Virus record (IMG/VR): IMGVR_UViG_3300048861_000143
Coordinates: 89,078 to 149,800 of that record
DNA length: 60,723 nt
Reading direction: 5' to 3' (one strand)
Source of the DNA: a virus
Positions 1-7,945 of this stretch are shown piece by piece. The notes beneath the pieces were generated by a model. That model had not been told where the DNA came from, did not search any database, and worked only from the letters and a program-made list of their open reading frames with translations. The position numbers were made by a program, and so were the translations under genes. Each line of letters starts with the position of its first letter. Within the stretch, counting starts at the first letter, position 1.

Positions 1-213
1 TTCCTGATCGAATACGAGAAGTGGCTGCGATCCGGTCGGCCCGGCCTCGCTCCCTCTCCTATCCCGCATGGCATCCTGGCATCTGACGTCATCCGGGAGA
101 CCTCGGAACTCGAAGGTCGGATCCGGAAGGAGAGCGGCCTGTCGTCGTGGCTCTACTACGAGCCGAAGCGATACGCCGCGATGCTGGAACAGCAGCGGGC
201 CGCTGCTCGATGA
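1..213 (+). CDS. hypothetical protein, 5'-truncated by window edge
   Basis: Frame 1 is open from base 1 (FLIEYEKWLRSG...QQRAAAR*). Its stop overlaps the next ATG (ATGA at 210-213). Confidence 0.6.
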   Translation, partial: FLIEYEKWLRSGRPGLAPSPIPHGILASDVIRETSELEGRIRKESGLSSWLYYEPKRYAAMLEQQRAAAR

Positions 214-1238
214 GCCTCGAGTTTCTGCTGGGGCTGCCGTATCTCCGCGGGCCGCTGCTCGCCCGGGCGCGCGAGCTCGGCGCCCCAGTGCTGGTGAGCG
301 CGAACAGCTTCTCCCGCTGGAAGGATCAGGGATACTGGCGGGAGTGGCGAGGCTTCCGCGTCCCCTCACCTGAGGTCTTCGCCTGGCTTCCCGTGCACCT
401 CGACAGCGCAGGGTTCGTCGCCGCCGCGAAATACCGCGGCTGGCCCTGGGCTGTGGAAAACTACCTTGATCTTTGCGCGGCGGCACCCTGGCGCTGGTTC
501 GCCAGCATGGACTGGTGCGTCGAGCCCGAGGTTGCGGCCGACGAAGACACGGTCCTGGACCGGATCAGCGGCACGGTGCGCCTCAACGTTCAATGCCTCA
601 ACGCGGCCCGGGAGAGGGGCATCCAGGACCGCCTGATGCCCGTGATCCAGGGATGGGAGCCGGACCATTATCTGCGCTGCCTGGACCGCCTGAGCGGCGT
701 CCTGGGCGGCTACCAGCTGGTTGGGGTGGGCAGCATGTGCCGGCGGCACGTGGAGGGCGTCCGGGGCGTCCTCCAAGTCGTGGATGCCCTGGACCGAGCA
801 GCGCCAGCGGGCATGCGGTTTCACCTCTTTGGCCTCAAGAGCCAGGCGGCCGGCGAACTCCGAGGCCACCCCAGGATCGCCTCCGTGGACAGCCAGGCTT
901 ACGGGGTCCGCGCCCGACAACTCGCGATCGAAGCCCAATGCTCGAAGTCGGAGGCGTTCGTCGCTGACGTCATGGCGTCCTGGTACCGGCAGCAGGCCGA
1001 TCGGCTTACCACCGCCGGCTATGCCTTCCGGCATCCCACACCGCTTCTACCGTTCGATCCCAGGCCTTGCGATGGGATCGAGAAGCGCATCGCTCTCCAC
1101 CGAGAGCATCTACGGATGCTGCACGAGAGCGGCGAGATCGACTGGCAGGACGTCAACCCGCTCCACGCCTACTACGCACTGGCAGACGACGACGATGACG
1201 AGAATCCGAACGCAGTCGCTCCCCAACTCGCGATTTGA
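210..1238 (+). CDS. queuine tRNA-ribosyltransferase-like protein (DpdA/DUF7221-like), putative DNA deazapurine modification enzyme
   Basis: TGT-fold motifs LDSAGF, MDWCVEP, PVIQG, VGVGSMCRR, FHLFGLK, SVDSQAY. Start moved to ATG 210 (ATGA overlap). Confidence 0.7.
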   Translation: MSLEFLLGLPYLRGPLLARARELGAPVLVSANSFSRWKDQGYWREWRGFRVPSPEVFAWLPVHLDSAGFVAAAKYRGWPWAVENYLDLCAAAPWRWFASMDWCVEPEVAADEDTVLDRISGTVRLNVQCLNAARERGIQDRLMPVIQGWEPDHYLRCLDRLSGVLGGYQLVGVGSMCRRHVEGVRGVLQVVDALDRAAPAGMRFHLFGLKSQAAGELRGHPRIASVDSQAYGVRARQLAIEAQCSKSEAFVADVMASWYRQQADRLTTAGYAFRHPTPLLPFDPRPCDGIEKRIALHREHLRMLHESGEIDWQDVNPLHAYYALADDDDDENPNAVAPQLAI

Positions 1239-1284
1239 CTAGCCGAACCAATTCAGGACACTATGGCGTCAATAGGAGAAAGAA

Positions 1285-1653
1285 ATGGCTACTCGTACCG
1301 CGCCGCGCCGTTCGGAGCTGACCGGCGCGCAGCTTGCCCACATCCTCAATGTACTTGGCGTGAAGCTGAAGGACTTCGCTTACCATTGCGGCGTTGCCGA
1401 ACGAAGCGCCGTGAGATGGGTGTCTGGCGAATTCGATGGCCAAATCCCAGTGGTCGCCGAGTGGGTGCTGCTGGCATATCGCCTTGCGCCACGAACTCGA
1501 TTCCTTCAAGGCAAGCTCGCCCTACCCAACCTCCCGATCGACGAGTGGATGGCAGCGCCCGCGGCTGCACGGCCGGAAGGAACACCGGGTAGACCGTTGG
1601 CAGAGCGAGAGGGCAGAAAGAGTTGCGGCGTCCCGGCGCAAGGGGTCGTCTGA
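1285..1653 (+). CDS. XRE-like HTH protein
   Basis: GAQLAHILNVLGVKLKDFAYHCGVAERSAVRWVSG helix-turn-helix pattern; SD AGGAG upstream. Confidence 0.6.
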   Translation: MATRTAPRRSELTGAQLAHILNVLGVKLKDFAYHCGVAERSAVRWVSGEFDGQIPVVAEWVLLAYRLAPRTRFLQGKLALPNLPIDEWMAAPAAARPEGTPGRPLAEREGRKSCGVPAQGVV

Positions 1654-2165
1654 TGCCCGAGGTGATCGAGGGAACAGGCATTGTCGACCGGATCGTGACG
1701 TGGGCGGAGGTGGATGACGCCCTGTTCTTCTACGACATCGACCTGAAGCGCTTCGTCAAGCAGACCGGCATGAGCAGGCGCTACCTTCAGCGGCTGCTGG
1801 AGACCGAGGAGCCCGCGCCTGGATGGGTGGTGATCGTCCTGATGATGTACGAACGATTTCCGGAGCTGAGGCGGCTGAACGGGCTACCGGGCGTGGACGG
1901 GATACACCCTGATGAGGAGGTTACGCCCGAGCTGCTGAGGTCAGCCCTTAGTCGGCGCGCGGTCAGTCCGGAAGCCTTCACTCGCCACGCCAGGATGGCG
2001 AAGATAGCAGTCGAGCACATGCTGGACGGAAGCCGTCCAGTGCTGAGGCCGTGGGTTAGGTGGGTGCTCCTCATGTACGACCTGTGGCCTGAGATGAGAA
2101 CGCTCCGACAGCCTCTTCACCTACCTCACGCCAAATGGCCTTCAGAGGACGAAGATCTGACATGA
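1653..2165 (+). CDS. protein with two tandem XRE-like HTH domains, paralogous to the upstream gene
   Basis: TGATG coupling at 1651-1655. Two repeats end WVVIVLMMYERFPE and WVRWVLLMYDLWPE. Confidence 0.55.
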   Translation: MPEVIEGTGIVDRIVTWAEVDDALFFYDIDLKRFVKQTGMSRRYLQRLLETEEPAPGWVVIVLMMYERFPELRRLNGLPGVDGIHPDEEVTPELLRSALSRRAVSPEAFTRHARMAKIAVEHMLDGSRPVLRPWVRWVLLMYDLWPEMRTLRQPLHLPHAKWPSEDEDLT

Positions 2166-2173
2166 AGGAGACC

Positions 2174-2791
2174 TTAGGTCTCCTCTTGATCCGGTTCGGC
2201 GCGCTTCAGCGCCACCGCTTTCGTCCCAGGCGTGCTGCTTCGGTGCTGCGCTCGATCGGCGATCGCGTAGTGCGTCGCCAATACGTCCAGACAGCGCTGC
2301 AGCGCACGAGTGGCCTCCTCCCGATCTATTCCCATCTCGCCACCAAGCCACGCGTAGCTCTTGTCGTGCACAAGGGCCTCGGTCACGAAAGATGACGGCC
2401 TGATGTGGCCACAAGCCTTACGGGCTTCCGCGTCCGAGTCCAGGTAGCGCACCGCGGCCATGTGCCGACCAGCCGCTTCGTGCCGGTGATCGCTACCATC
2501 GTCGCCGGACGATCGAACGCTCGTGTCAAGGCTGCACCGGCTCTTGCCGATGATCCCGACCAGGTAATCCAGCACCCAGCGAACGCCGGCATCCCAGGCC
2601 TCAGCGCTGATCTTGTCCGCCCGTAGCAGCGCTTCGTGCTTGGGCAGCCTGCGATTTCCGCCGCCCTTCACATCTCGCCGGATGATCTCGTGCTTCTCGA
2701 GGAACTCCGCTGTTGGATACGAGGTAGACTCCTCATCGAGCGCCGGCATCTGAGGTAGTCTCAAGGCTCGGCCCTTCCCGGACTCAATCAT
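2174..2791 (-). CDS. DUF6456-like phage transcriptional regulator (last gene of the leftward early operon, Q-like position)
   Basis: LLRADKISAEAWDAG...LQRCLDVLATHY pattern with a C-terminal HTH; ATGA overlap with the DUF1643 stop. Confidence 0.5.
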   Translation of the reverse strand: MIESGKGRALRLPQMPALDEESTSYPTAEFLEKHEIIRRDVKGGGNRRLPKHEALLRADKISAEAWDAGVRWVLDYLVGIIGKSRCSLDTSVRSSGDDGSDHRHEAAGRHMAAVRYLDSDAEARKACGHIRPSSFVTEALVHDKSYAWLGGEMGIDREEATRALQRCLDVLATHYAIADRAQHRSSTPGTKAVALKRAEPDQEET

Positions 2792-3393
2792 GATCGTTCC
2801 GCAAATTTCCATGGTATTGGAGTCACCGCTTCTGGGATGAAATTCTTGCCCCGAGCCAGAGGATGCATCGGGACATTGTCCGGGGTCAGGCGAAGCACGT
2901 GCAGCTGATGACCCGCTTCCTGCAGCAGCCGACACATCGAGTGGGCGTGGCGCTGGAGGTTCCCCGGCAGGCGTCCGTGGGCGATTACCACAATCGCGGC
3001 GTCTCGAGCCATCTCCAACAGCGCCTGGTGGTTCCCGGGCCCGACCGGATCCTCCGTCTCGAGCAGGGCCTTAGGCGACACATGGCGGTATGCGCAGGAG
3101 TTTCCGATCCACTGGCCGCCGTAGCCCAGCCGCCGGGCGATCCTTGACGTTTTCATCACGGTCATATCGCCCGCCCTTTCGTCGGCCCCGGATGGGTTTG
3201 TCATGAAGAACGCGGCCAAGGGCCCATCTCCCCACCGGTAAAGAAGCTTGTACCGATACTCCTGAACAGGACCGTCGAACTCCGCCGAAACAGTCCAGTC
3301 GGCGGGGATCCTCGACAACCTGCGGCAGCCATGATCGTGACTGGCGCTGAGAGGTAGGGCCATTTGCTCACTCGCGGCGCTGGCGATCTGCAT
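2788..3393 (-). CDS. DUF1643 domain protein
   Basis: YRYKLLYRW, FFMTNPSGADE...DMTV, GNSCAYR, VIAHG and HPL motifs. Confidence 0.8.
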   Translation of the reverse strand: MQIASAASEQMALPLSASHDHGCRRLSRIPADWTVSAEFDGPVQEYRYKLLYRWGDGPLAAFFMTNPSGADERAGDMTVMKTSRIARRLGYGGQWIGNSCAYRHVSPKALLETEDPVGPGNHQALLEMARDAAIVVIAHGRLPGNLQRHAHSMCRLLQEAGHQLHVLRLTPDNVPMHPLARGKNFIPEAVTPIPWKFAERS

Positions 3394-3518
3394 CAGCCGC
3401 GCCAATGGCGATGGCCGTAGCCATGGTGATGCCCAAGCGGCTCGATCGGCGAGCGAACGACGCATCCGCCCAAGAGCAACAGACAGGCCGCAAGAGCGAT
3501 GACTATCCTCGTCTTCAT
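3393..3518 (-). CDS. small His-rich lipoprotein
   Basis: MKTRIVIALAACLLLLGGC lipobox; translationally coupled on both sides. Confidence 0.55.
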   Translation of the reverse strand: MKTRIVIALAACLLLLGGCVVRSPIEPLGHHHGYGHRHWRG

Positions 3519-3961
3519 CACAAGCCCCGTTTCAGCTGCTGCACGTAGTCGCAGTGCGGGCACATCGCGTCTTCCGCTCTCTCGGGCCTGAGAGACCGAG
3601 CGAGACGATGCCCATAGGCGCCGCAATCACAGCGGACCACCCAGCGCGCGGCCTTGCAGCCACCCGCCGGCTTGCCGTAGCCAACCACGACTAGGCGGCC
3701 AACCCGGTACCCCCGCCTAAACGGCACTGTTGATTCCCTGGGCCACGGTCCGATCGGCAAGGGTGTGTCTTGCCAAGCGTCCGTCGGCCTCAGCAATTTC
3801 TTCGCAGGTTCCCAGTGAACCCCGCGCCCGAGAACCCTAGACGCGGTTTTGTTGACCGGAACACTGGATATCAAACGATCGTTGATGGTCTGTCTCCTGT
3901 CTACTCGGTCAAGCCGGAGCCGCTTCCGCGCATCGTCGGATGGAGCAGGTCCAGCAGCCAA
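3518..3961 (-). CDS. phage Zn-binding protein (GRL-V...W-x-x-x-CDCG module seen N-terminal to HNH/AP2 proteins)
   Basis: GYRVGRLVVVG...WVVRCDCG...CPHC; start codon uncertain. Confidence 0.5.
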   Translation of the reverse strand: MAAGPAPSDDARKRLRLDRVDRRQTINDRLISSVPVNKTASRVLGRGVHWEPAKKLLRPTDAWQDTPLPIGPWPRESTVPFRRGYRVGRLVVVGYGKPAGGCKAARWVVRCDCGAYGHRLARSLRPERAEDAMCPHCDYVQQLKRGL

Positions 3962-4000
3962 AAGTTGCGTGAGTTTTGCGGCGGTATCGCAGCGAGAGCG

Positions 4001-4603
4001 TCAGCCAGCGCCCGAGACGCTTTGCTTTCCTCCCTGCACGTCGTGCACATCCGCGGAGACCCGGTCGTTGACCGCCTCGGGAAGCTTGTCTCCGTCGGTC
4101 GAGATCCGCACAGGACGCACTCCCTCCGACTGGGACGGATCACCTGTTACCAACTCCCCCTCGAAGACGGTCTCGGGTTGCAGCACAGGAACAGGAACGT
4201 CCGCTTCCACCCAGTGGAATACCTCCCCCTCCTGAAGCCCCTCGAGATAGACGCACTCGCGATTCCGCTTGTCGTCGCTCGCGTATTCAGACGTGCCGCC
4301 CGCACTCCAGGCGCCGGTATGATCGACTGCAACAGCTATGCGGACTCGGACGGTGCGGCGTGCCAATGGGGCGCTTCCGCCTGTATGAACATCCCCGGCT
4401 TTATATGCTCCGAGATAGATCATTGGGAGCTCGAGGGCGCCCTGGTGGGTCCAGACCCCAAAGGGCCCGCAATCCCATGTTCCAGCCCACCATCGGGCGA
4501 CGAACGTCGTCCCATCAAGTTGCAGAAGATGATATGTCCCGTCTGTTATTTCGGTAGGCCATGGGGCGACCATCCAGGGGTGGGCAGTTTTATCGTCAGA
4601 CAT
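4001..4603 (-). CDS. hypothetical phage protein
   Basis: ORF within the tightly packed minus-strand operon; SD GAGG upstream. Confidence 0.5.
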   Translation of the reverse strand: MSDDKTAHPWMVAPWPTEITDGTYHLLQLDGTTFVARWWAGTWDCGPFGVWTHQGALELPMIYLGAYKAGDVHTGGSAPLARRTVRVRIAVAVDHTGAWSAGGTSEYASDDKRNRECVYLEGLQEGEVFHWVEADVPVPVLQPETVFEGELVTGDPSQSEGVRPVRISTDGDKLPEAVNDRVSADVHDVQGGKQSVSGAG

Positions 4604-4868
4604 CGCTGATTCTCTTTCCTCGTCCAACCGACATCCCGGCCAGAAACGCGGCCTCCATGTTCCAGCGCGTAAAGCGCAGTCCATCGTACGCCATTGGCTC
4701 GCTCGGGTTAGGGCAGCCGTAAGCCCGATTGATCCACCCATGGATTTCTTCGGTTGTAGGCCGGGTGGTTTCAGGAGTGTTGGTTGGCACAGTTACGCGC
4801 TTACGCGGATCGCCTAGGACACTCTGCTCATGCTTGAGCTGATCGTGATCAGGCGCTGATGACATCAC
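4596..4868 (-). CDS. hypothetical protein
   Basis: Overlaps both neighbours in the operon; start uncertain. Confidence 0.4.
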   Translation of the reverse strand: MMSSAPDHDQLKHEQSVLGDPRKRVTVPTNTPETTRPTTEEIHGWINRAYGCPNPSEPMAYDGLRFTRWNMEAAFLAGMSVGRGKRISDV

Positions 4869-5130
4869 TCATGTCCCTCATTGCGAACAGCTTCTCGGCC
4901 TGCCCATTGTCGATGTCCTGAGCACGTAGGAGCCATTGCGGTTCGGGGTGCCATTTGGTCGAACCAAACTCAACACGGACCGGCACCACGTGACGCCTGG
5001 ATGTCTCCCCGCGCCAGTTGGTGTAGGTGAAGCTAGTTCGGGTGGTGAAGCGGTGGTCCAGAGCCAGAGTCGACGTCACATCGGTCAGATTGTCCTTCTG
5101 ATCCCCGGCGATTTGGTTCGTGTCGGTCAT
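4849..5130 (-). CDS. stand-alone WYL domain protein
   Basis: FTYTNWRGETSRRHVVP...WHPEPQWLLRAQD...KLFAMRDM. Confidence 0.75.
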   Translation of the reverse strand: MTDTNQIAGDQKDNLTDVTSTLALDHRFTTRTSFTYTNWRGETSRRHVVPVRVEFGSTKWHPEPQWLLRAQDIDNGQAEKLFAMRDMSDVISA

Positions 5131-5441
5131 CGCTTGCACTCCTCCTCGATCATCGGCCAGTAGGTCGCGATCTCTTCCTCCATCAAGGCGAGCAGGCACA
5201 CCGGGCATGTGTGCGCCTTCTTCGTGCAGTCGCCGCTGTGCTCCGGGTGCTCAGCCACCCACGCCCGCAGCTTCGCTTCGTCGGTCTCCCAGGTTCGGAA
5301 CCAGAAGCGCCGGAACGCCTCCAGCGTGAGCGTCACGGGCTCCGGAATGACTGTCACCGATGCCCGGAGCGCGTTCATGAACGTGCGCTGCTCGGCCGAC
5401 GTCAGCTCTCTGGCACCGGCTGTTTCAGGAGTGTCCGTCAT
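5127..5441 (-). CDS. hypothetical protein with H/C-rich metal-binding motif
   Basis: HSGDCTKKAHTCPVC; ATGA overlaps. Confidence 0.55.
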   Translation of the reverse strand: MTDTPETAGARELTSAEQRTFMNALRASVTVIPEPVTLTLEAFRRFWFRTWETDEAKLRAWVAEHPEHSGDCTKKAHTCPVCLLALMEEEIATYWPMIEEECKR

Positions 5442-5860
5442 CGCTTCGCGCTCGGCCTAAGGTCGAAGTCGCTTGCTCCGAAAAACTCGATCCGCTTGAG
5501 TTCCCCGTCCGGGTGATACTCGAAGGCGCGGATGAGATAGCACTTGTCGGTGTGTCCCAAGCCGCAGAACGGGCACGATGATCGTCCCATGTCTCTGAGC
5601 CGGTTCTCCAAGATGTCCACGACCGGCGAAACTAGGTCCTCAGAGGAACCGGCAGCCTCGCCTCTTATCGCGACGACCTCTTCGAAGTGGCCGCCAAGGA
5701 ACTCGCTAAGCGGCCTTGCCCACACCCGGCCATCGTCGCCCGTGTAGATCACCAGCTCGGTCCCGGTGACGACGTCGCGCAAGCTCACGAGCTGAGCACC
5801 GCCCACCTCAGTGTACGGAACGCCTCGCCTCATCCAGCGGCGGCCAGAACGGTTCTCCAT
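5438..5860 (-). CDS. DUF1653-like domain protein
   Basis: ELVIYTGDDGRVWARPLSEFLGGHFEEV motif followed by CPFC. Confidence 0.55.
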   Translation of the reverse strand: MENRSGRRWMRRGVPYTEVGGAQLVSLRDVVTGTELVIYTGDDGRVWARPLSEFLGGHFEEVVAIRGEAAGSSEDLVSPVVDILENRLRDMGRSSCPFCGLGHTDKCYLIRAFEYHPDGELKRIEFFGASDFDLRPSAKR

Positions 5861-6099
5861 CACCTGCCTCCTCGCTTTGCAGCTCGCTCTTTGCCGGCCT
5901 GCGCCTTCCGCCCCCTTCTTTTCGCCTCTGCAATCTGGGACTCGATCATCCGCTCGTTGTGCAGCTTGAGCGCCGGATCCACCGGGACATCCGCCGTCGT
6001 CTCGGCTACGACTGCAGGGGCACATATCGTAACCTCCCCGCGCGCCAGTCGCGCCTCGAGCTGGGCGGCTTCATCCGGCGTCAGCGGTCGGCGGTTCAT
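5860..6099 (-). CDS. hypothetical protein
   Basis: Translationally coupled (TGATG) within the operon. Confidence 0.5.
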   Translation of the reverse strand: MNRRPLTPDEAAQLEARLARGEVTICAPAVVAETTADVPVDPALKLHNERMIESQIAEAKRRGRKAQAGKERAAKRGGR

Positions 6100-6233
6100 G
6101 CGCCCACCCGGCGGGGCCAGACGATCGTGTTGGGGTCCGGCGCTGGCAGATCGATCGCCACATGCCAGGGCCTTGTGAGCCACCGCAGAGCCCGCCTGAG
6201 CAGGTGTGAACCCTTGCTGGCCTGGAGCATGGC

Positions 6234-6545
6234 TCAGGCCTCCCTGGCGCGGCGCAGGGCCGCCAGACGGCGGTTCCGCTCCCGGTCGGACTGGTGCGGG
6301 AAGTACCGCCCCGGCTCAGCCTTAGGAGCCGGGTGGGTGGCGTCCCTCACCGTCTGCTGCTGACGGTGCTTCGCCAGAGCTCGCTCGGCCTTCCGACGCT
6401 CCGGGTTCACCGGACGGGGGTTCTTGCTGGCGCGGATCCGCTCCGCCAAGCCGTCCACCGGCGACGTCCGGCCGCTTTCGGCCCAAGCGTCACGAGCTGC
6501 GGCATGGTTTGCCTCGCGCACCTCGTCCATGGCCCGCAGCTTCAT
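6234..6545 (-). CDS. hypothetical basic protein
   Basis: ATGA overlap with the upstream gene; SD GGAG. Confidence 0.5.
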   Translation of the reverse strand: MKLRAMDEVREANHAAARDAWAESGRTSPVDGLAERIRASKNPRPVNPERRKAERALAKHRQQQTVRDATHPAPKAEPGRYFPHQSDRERNRRLAALRRAREA

Positions 6546-6754
6546 GACCGCGTCTCCTGGCTGGCCCGGTGAAGCGCTGTGCGAAGGATCTGCATTGGTC
6601 GGTGGTCTCCATCGTGCGGTCGGGCGCTCGTCGTGAGCACCCGGTTGATCAGGGGATGGGTGAATCTCAGGTGCTGGCGATCGGTGACCCTCACCGAAAA
6701 GCCGCGGCGCTTGGCCCACGCGACCAGCGCTCGCGAATCCTTGGTCAGCCGCAT
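6542..6754 (-). CDS. HicA-like dsRBD-fold protein
   Basis: WAKRRGFSVRVTDRQHLRFTHP...TTSARPHD matches the HicA-like pattern; TGATG coupling to DUF1376. Confidence 0.5.
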   Translation of the reverse strand: MRLTKDSRALVAWAKRRGFSVRVTDRQHLRFTHPLINRVLTTSARPHDGDHRPMQILRTALHRASQETRS

Positions 6755-7884
6755 CAGGCCGCCCGCAGCCGCCTGATCGAGCTGTCGAACATCATCAGGG
6801 TGGCTGGCGGACGGTAGTCCTCCTTCCTCGCCCAGTTCTCGATCAGGGAGATGATCTCGCGAGGCTTGAAGCCCTCGTTCAGCCAACCCTCGAGCACGGA
6901 CCAGTCTCCGGTCCAGGCGTGCGGAAGCCTCCCGACGTCTGCGACTTTCCGAGCAACCTGGTCGATCACGCACTGGCCGTCAGGCGAGTACCATCCACCG
7001 GTCTCCCGATCGGCCTCGAGCGTCGGCTTGAAGCCCGCGGACTGGCACCATCGCTTGATGCCCCTGGGGTCATTGGCATCGACCACGAGGCGGGGACCCG
7101 CAGGCTCAGGCGCGCCGGGACGGCGTCCCGTTCGGGACGTGATGCAGGCCGTGATCCAGGCAACTGGCTTCCTGGGAGGCTCGGCCGCCGTTTCGCGCAG
7201 GATGTCCAAGACCATCGCCGCGTCGTCCCCGGCTTGGTCCAGGAAGCGCGTGATCTGGGCTTTGACGCGGTCTCGCCCGGCCGGGAGCTCGATCTTGGTC
7301 AGCTTAGAAAGGAGCTGGACGCCCTCGCTGTAGCAGAGCTGCTTAGGGCTTGGCTTCGGCTCCTCGCCAAACAGGTTGGTTGGCCAATTCTCATGCGGCC
7401 GCGCAGCGCCCTGAAGCGAAGCTTCAGGAGTACCTTCTGTCTCTTCTGTCCTTTGTCTATTGTACGAAGGCAAAACGGTGGCAACCGGATAGCAATTGCC
7501 ATCTCCCGCTTGGCAATTGCTATCCTCTTGCCTTCCCTTTGCCTTACCCCATCGCTTTTGGCTGCCGCGCTTCCCGGCCGCGCTTCTCTCAGCGCTTATC
7601 GTCGCACGCTTTGCAAGCTCGGCATCGGCCCGCTTTTGATGGAGGAGGCCATCATCCGCGAGGGTGAAGAACGTCCGCAAAATCGGACCGATGCGGGACT
7701 GCCAGATATCGAGAGGGACCCTCGAGATCGCAGAGAGCATCGCATCGTCGTTGGGCAATGGGCCCTTGCGCCAGTAGTGCATCAGCAGGAGCAGGTATGG
7801 GCCGTGCTGATCATAGGTCAGGTGACCCGTATCGCCGATGTACTCGGCGACATAGAGCGGCATCCACTCATCGAAAGTAGCCAT
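6754..7884 (-). CDS. DUF1376/YdaU-family phage replication initiator
   Basis: N-terminal WMPLYVAEYIGDTGHLTYDQHGPYLLLLMHYW...GPLP...QKRADAEL; adjacent to dnaB. Confidence 0.8.
   Translation of the reverse strand: MATFDEWMPLYVAEYIGDTGHLTYDQHGPYLLLLMHYWRKGPLPNDDAMLSAISRVPLDIWQSRIGPILRTFFTLADDGLLHQKRADAELAKRATISAERSAAGKRGSQKRWGKAKGRQEDSNCQAGDGNCYPVATVLPSYNRQRTEETEGTPEASLQGAARPHENWPTNLFGEEPKPSPKQLCYSEGVQLLSKLTKIELPAGRDRVKAQITRFLDQAGDDAAMVLDILRETAAEPPRKPVAWITACITSRTGRRPGAPEPAGPRLVVDANDPRGIKRWCQSAGFKPTLEADRETGGWYSPDGQCVIDQVARKVADVGRLPHAWTGDWSVLEGWLNEGFKPREIISLIENWARKEDYRPPATLMMFDSSIRRLRAA
7430..7525. promoter_or_regulatory. putative lambda-like replication origin inside the initiator gene
   Basis: Perfect 15-bp inverted repeat GGATAGCAATTGCCA (7487-7501) / TGGCAATTGCTATCC (7511-7525). 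GCAA phased at 7470, 7481, 7492 and 7513. Adjacent pyrimidine-skewed tract at 7432-7460. Confidence 0.55.
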
Positions 7885-7945
7885 GCTGGCTCACTCCTTT
7901 CCACTCGGCCGTAGTGTCAGATTTGCTCCGATTGCAGATGCGCCA

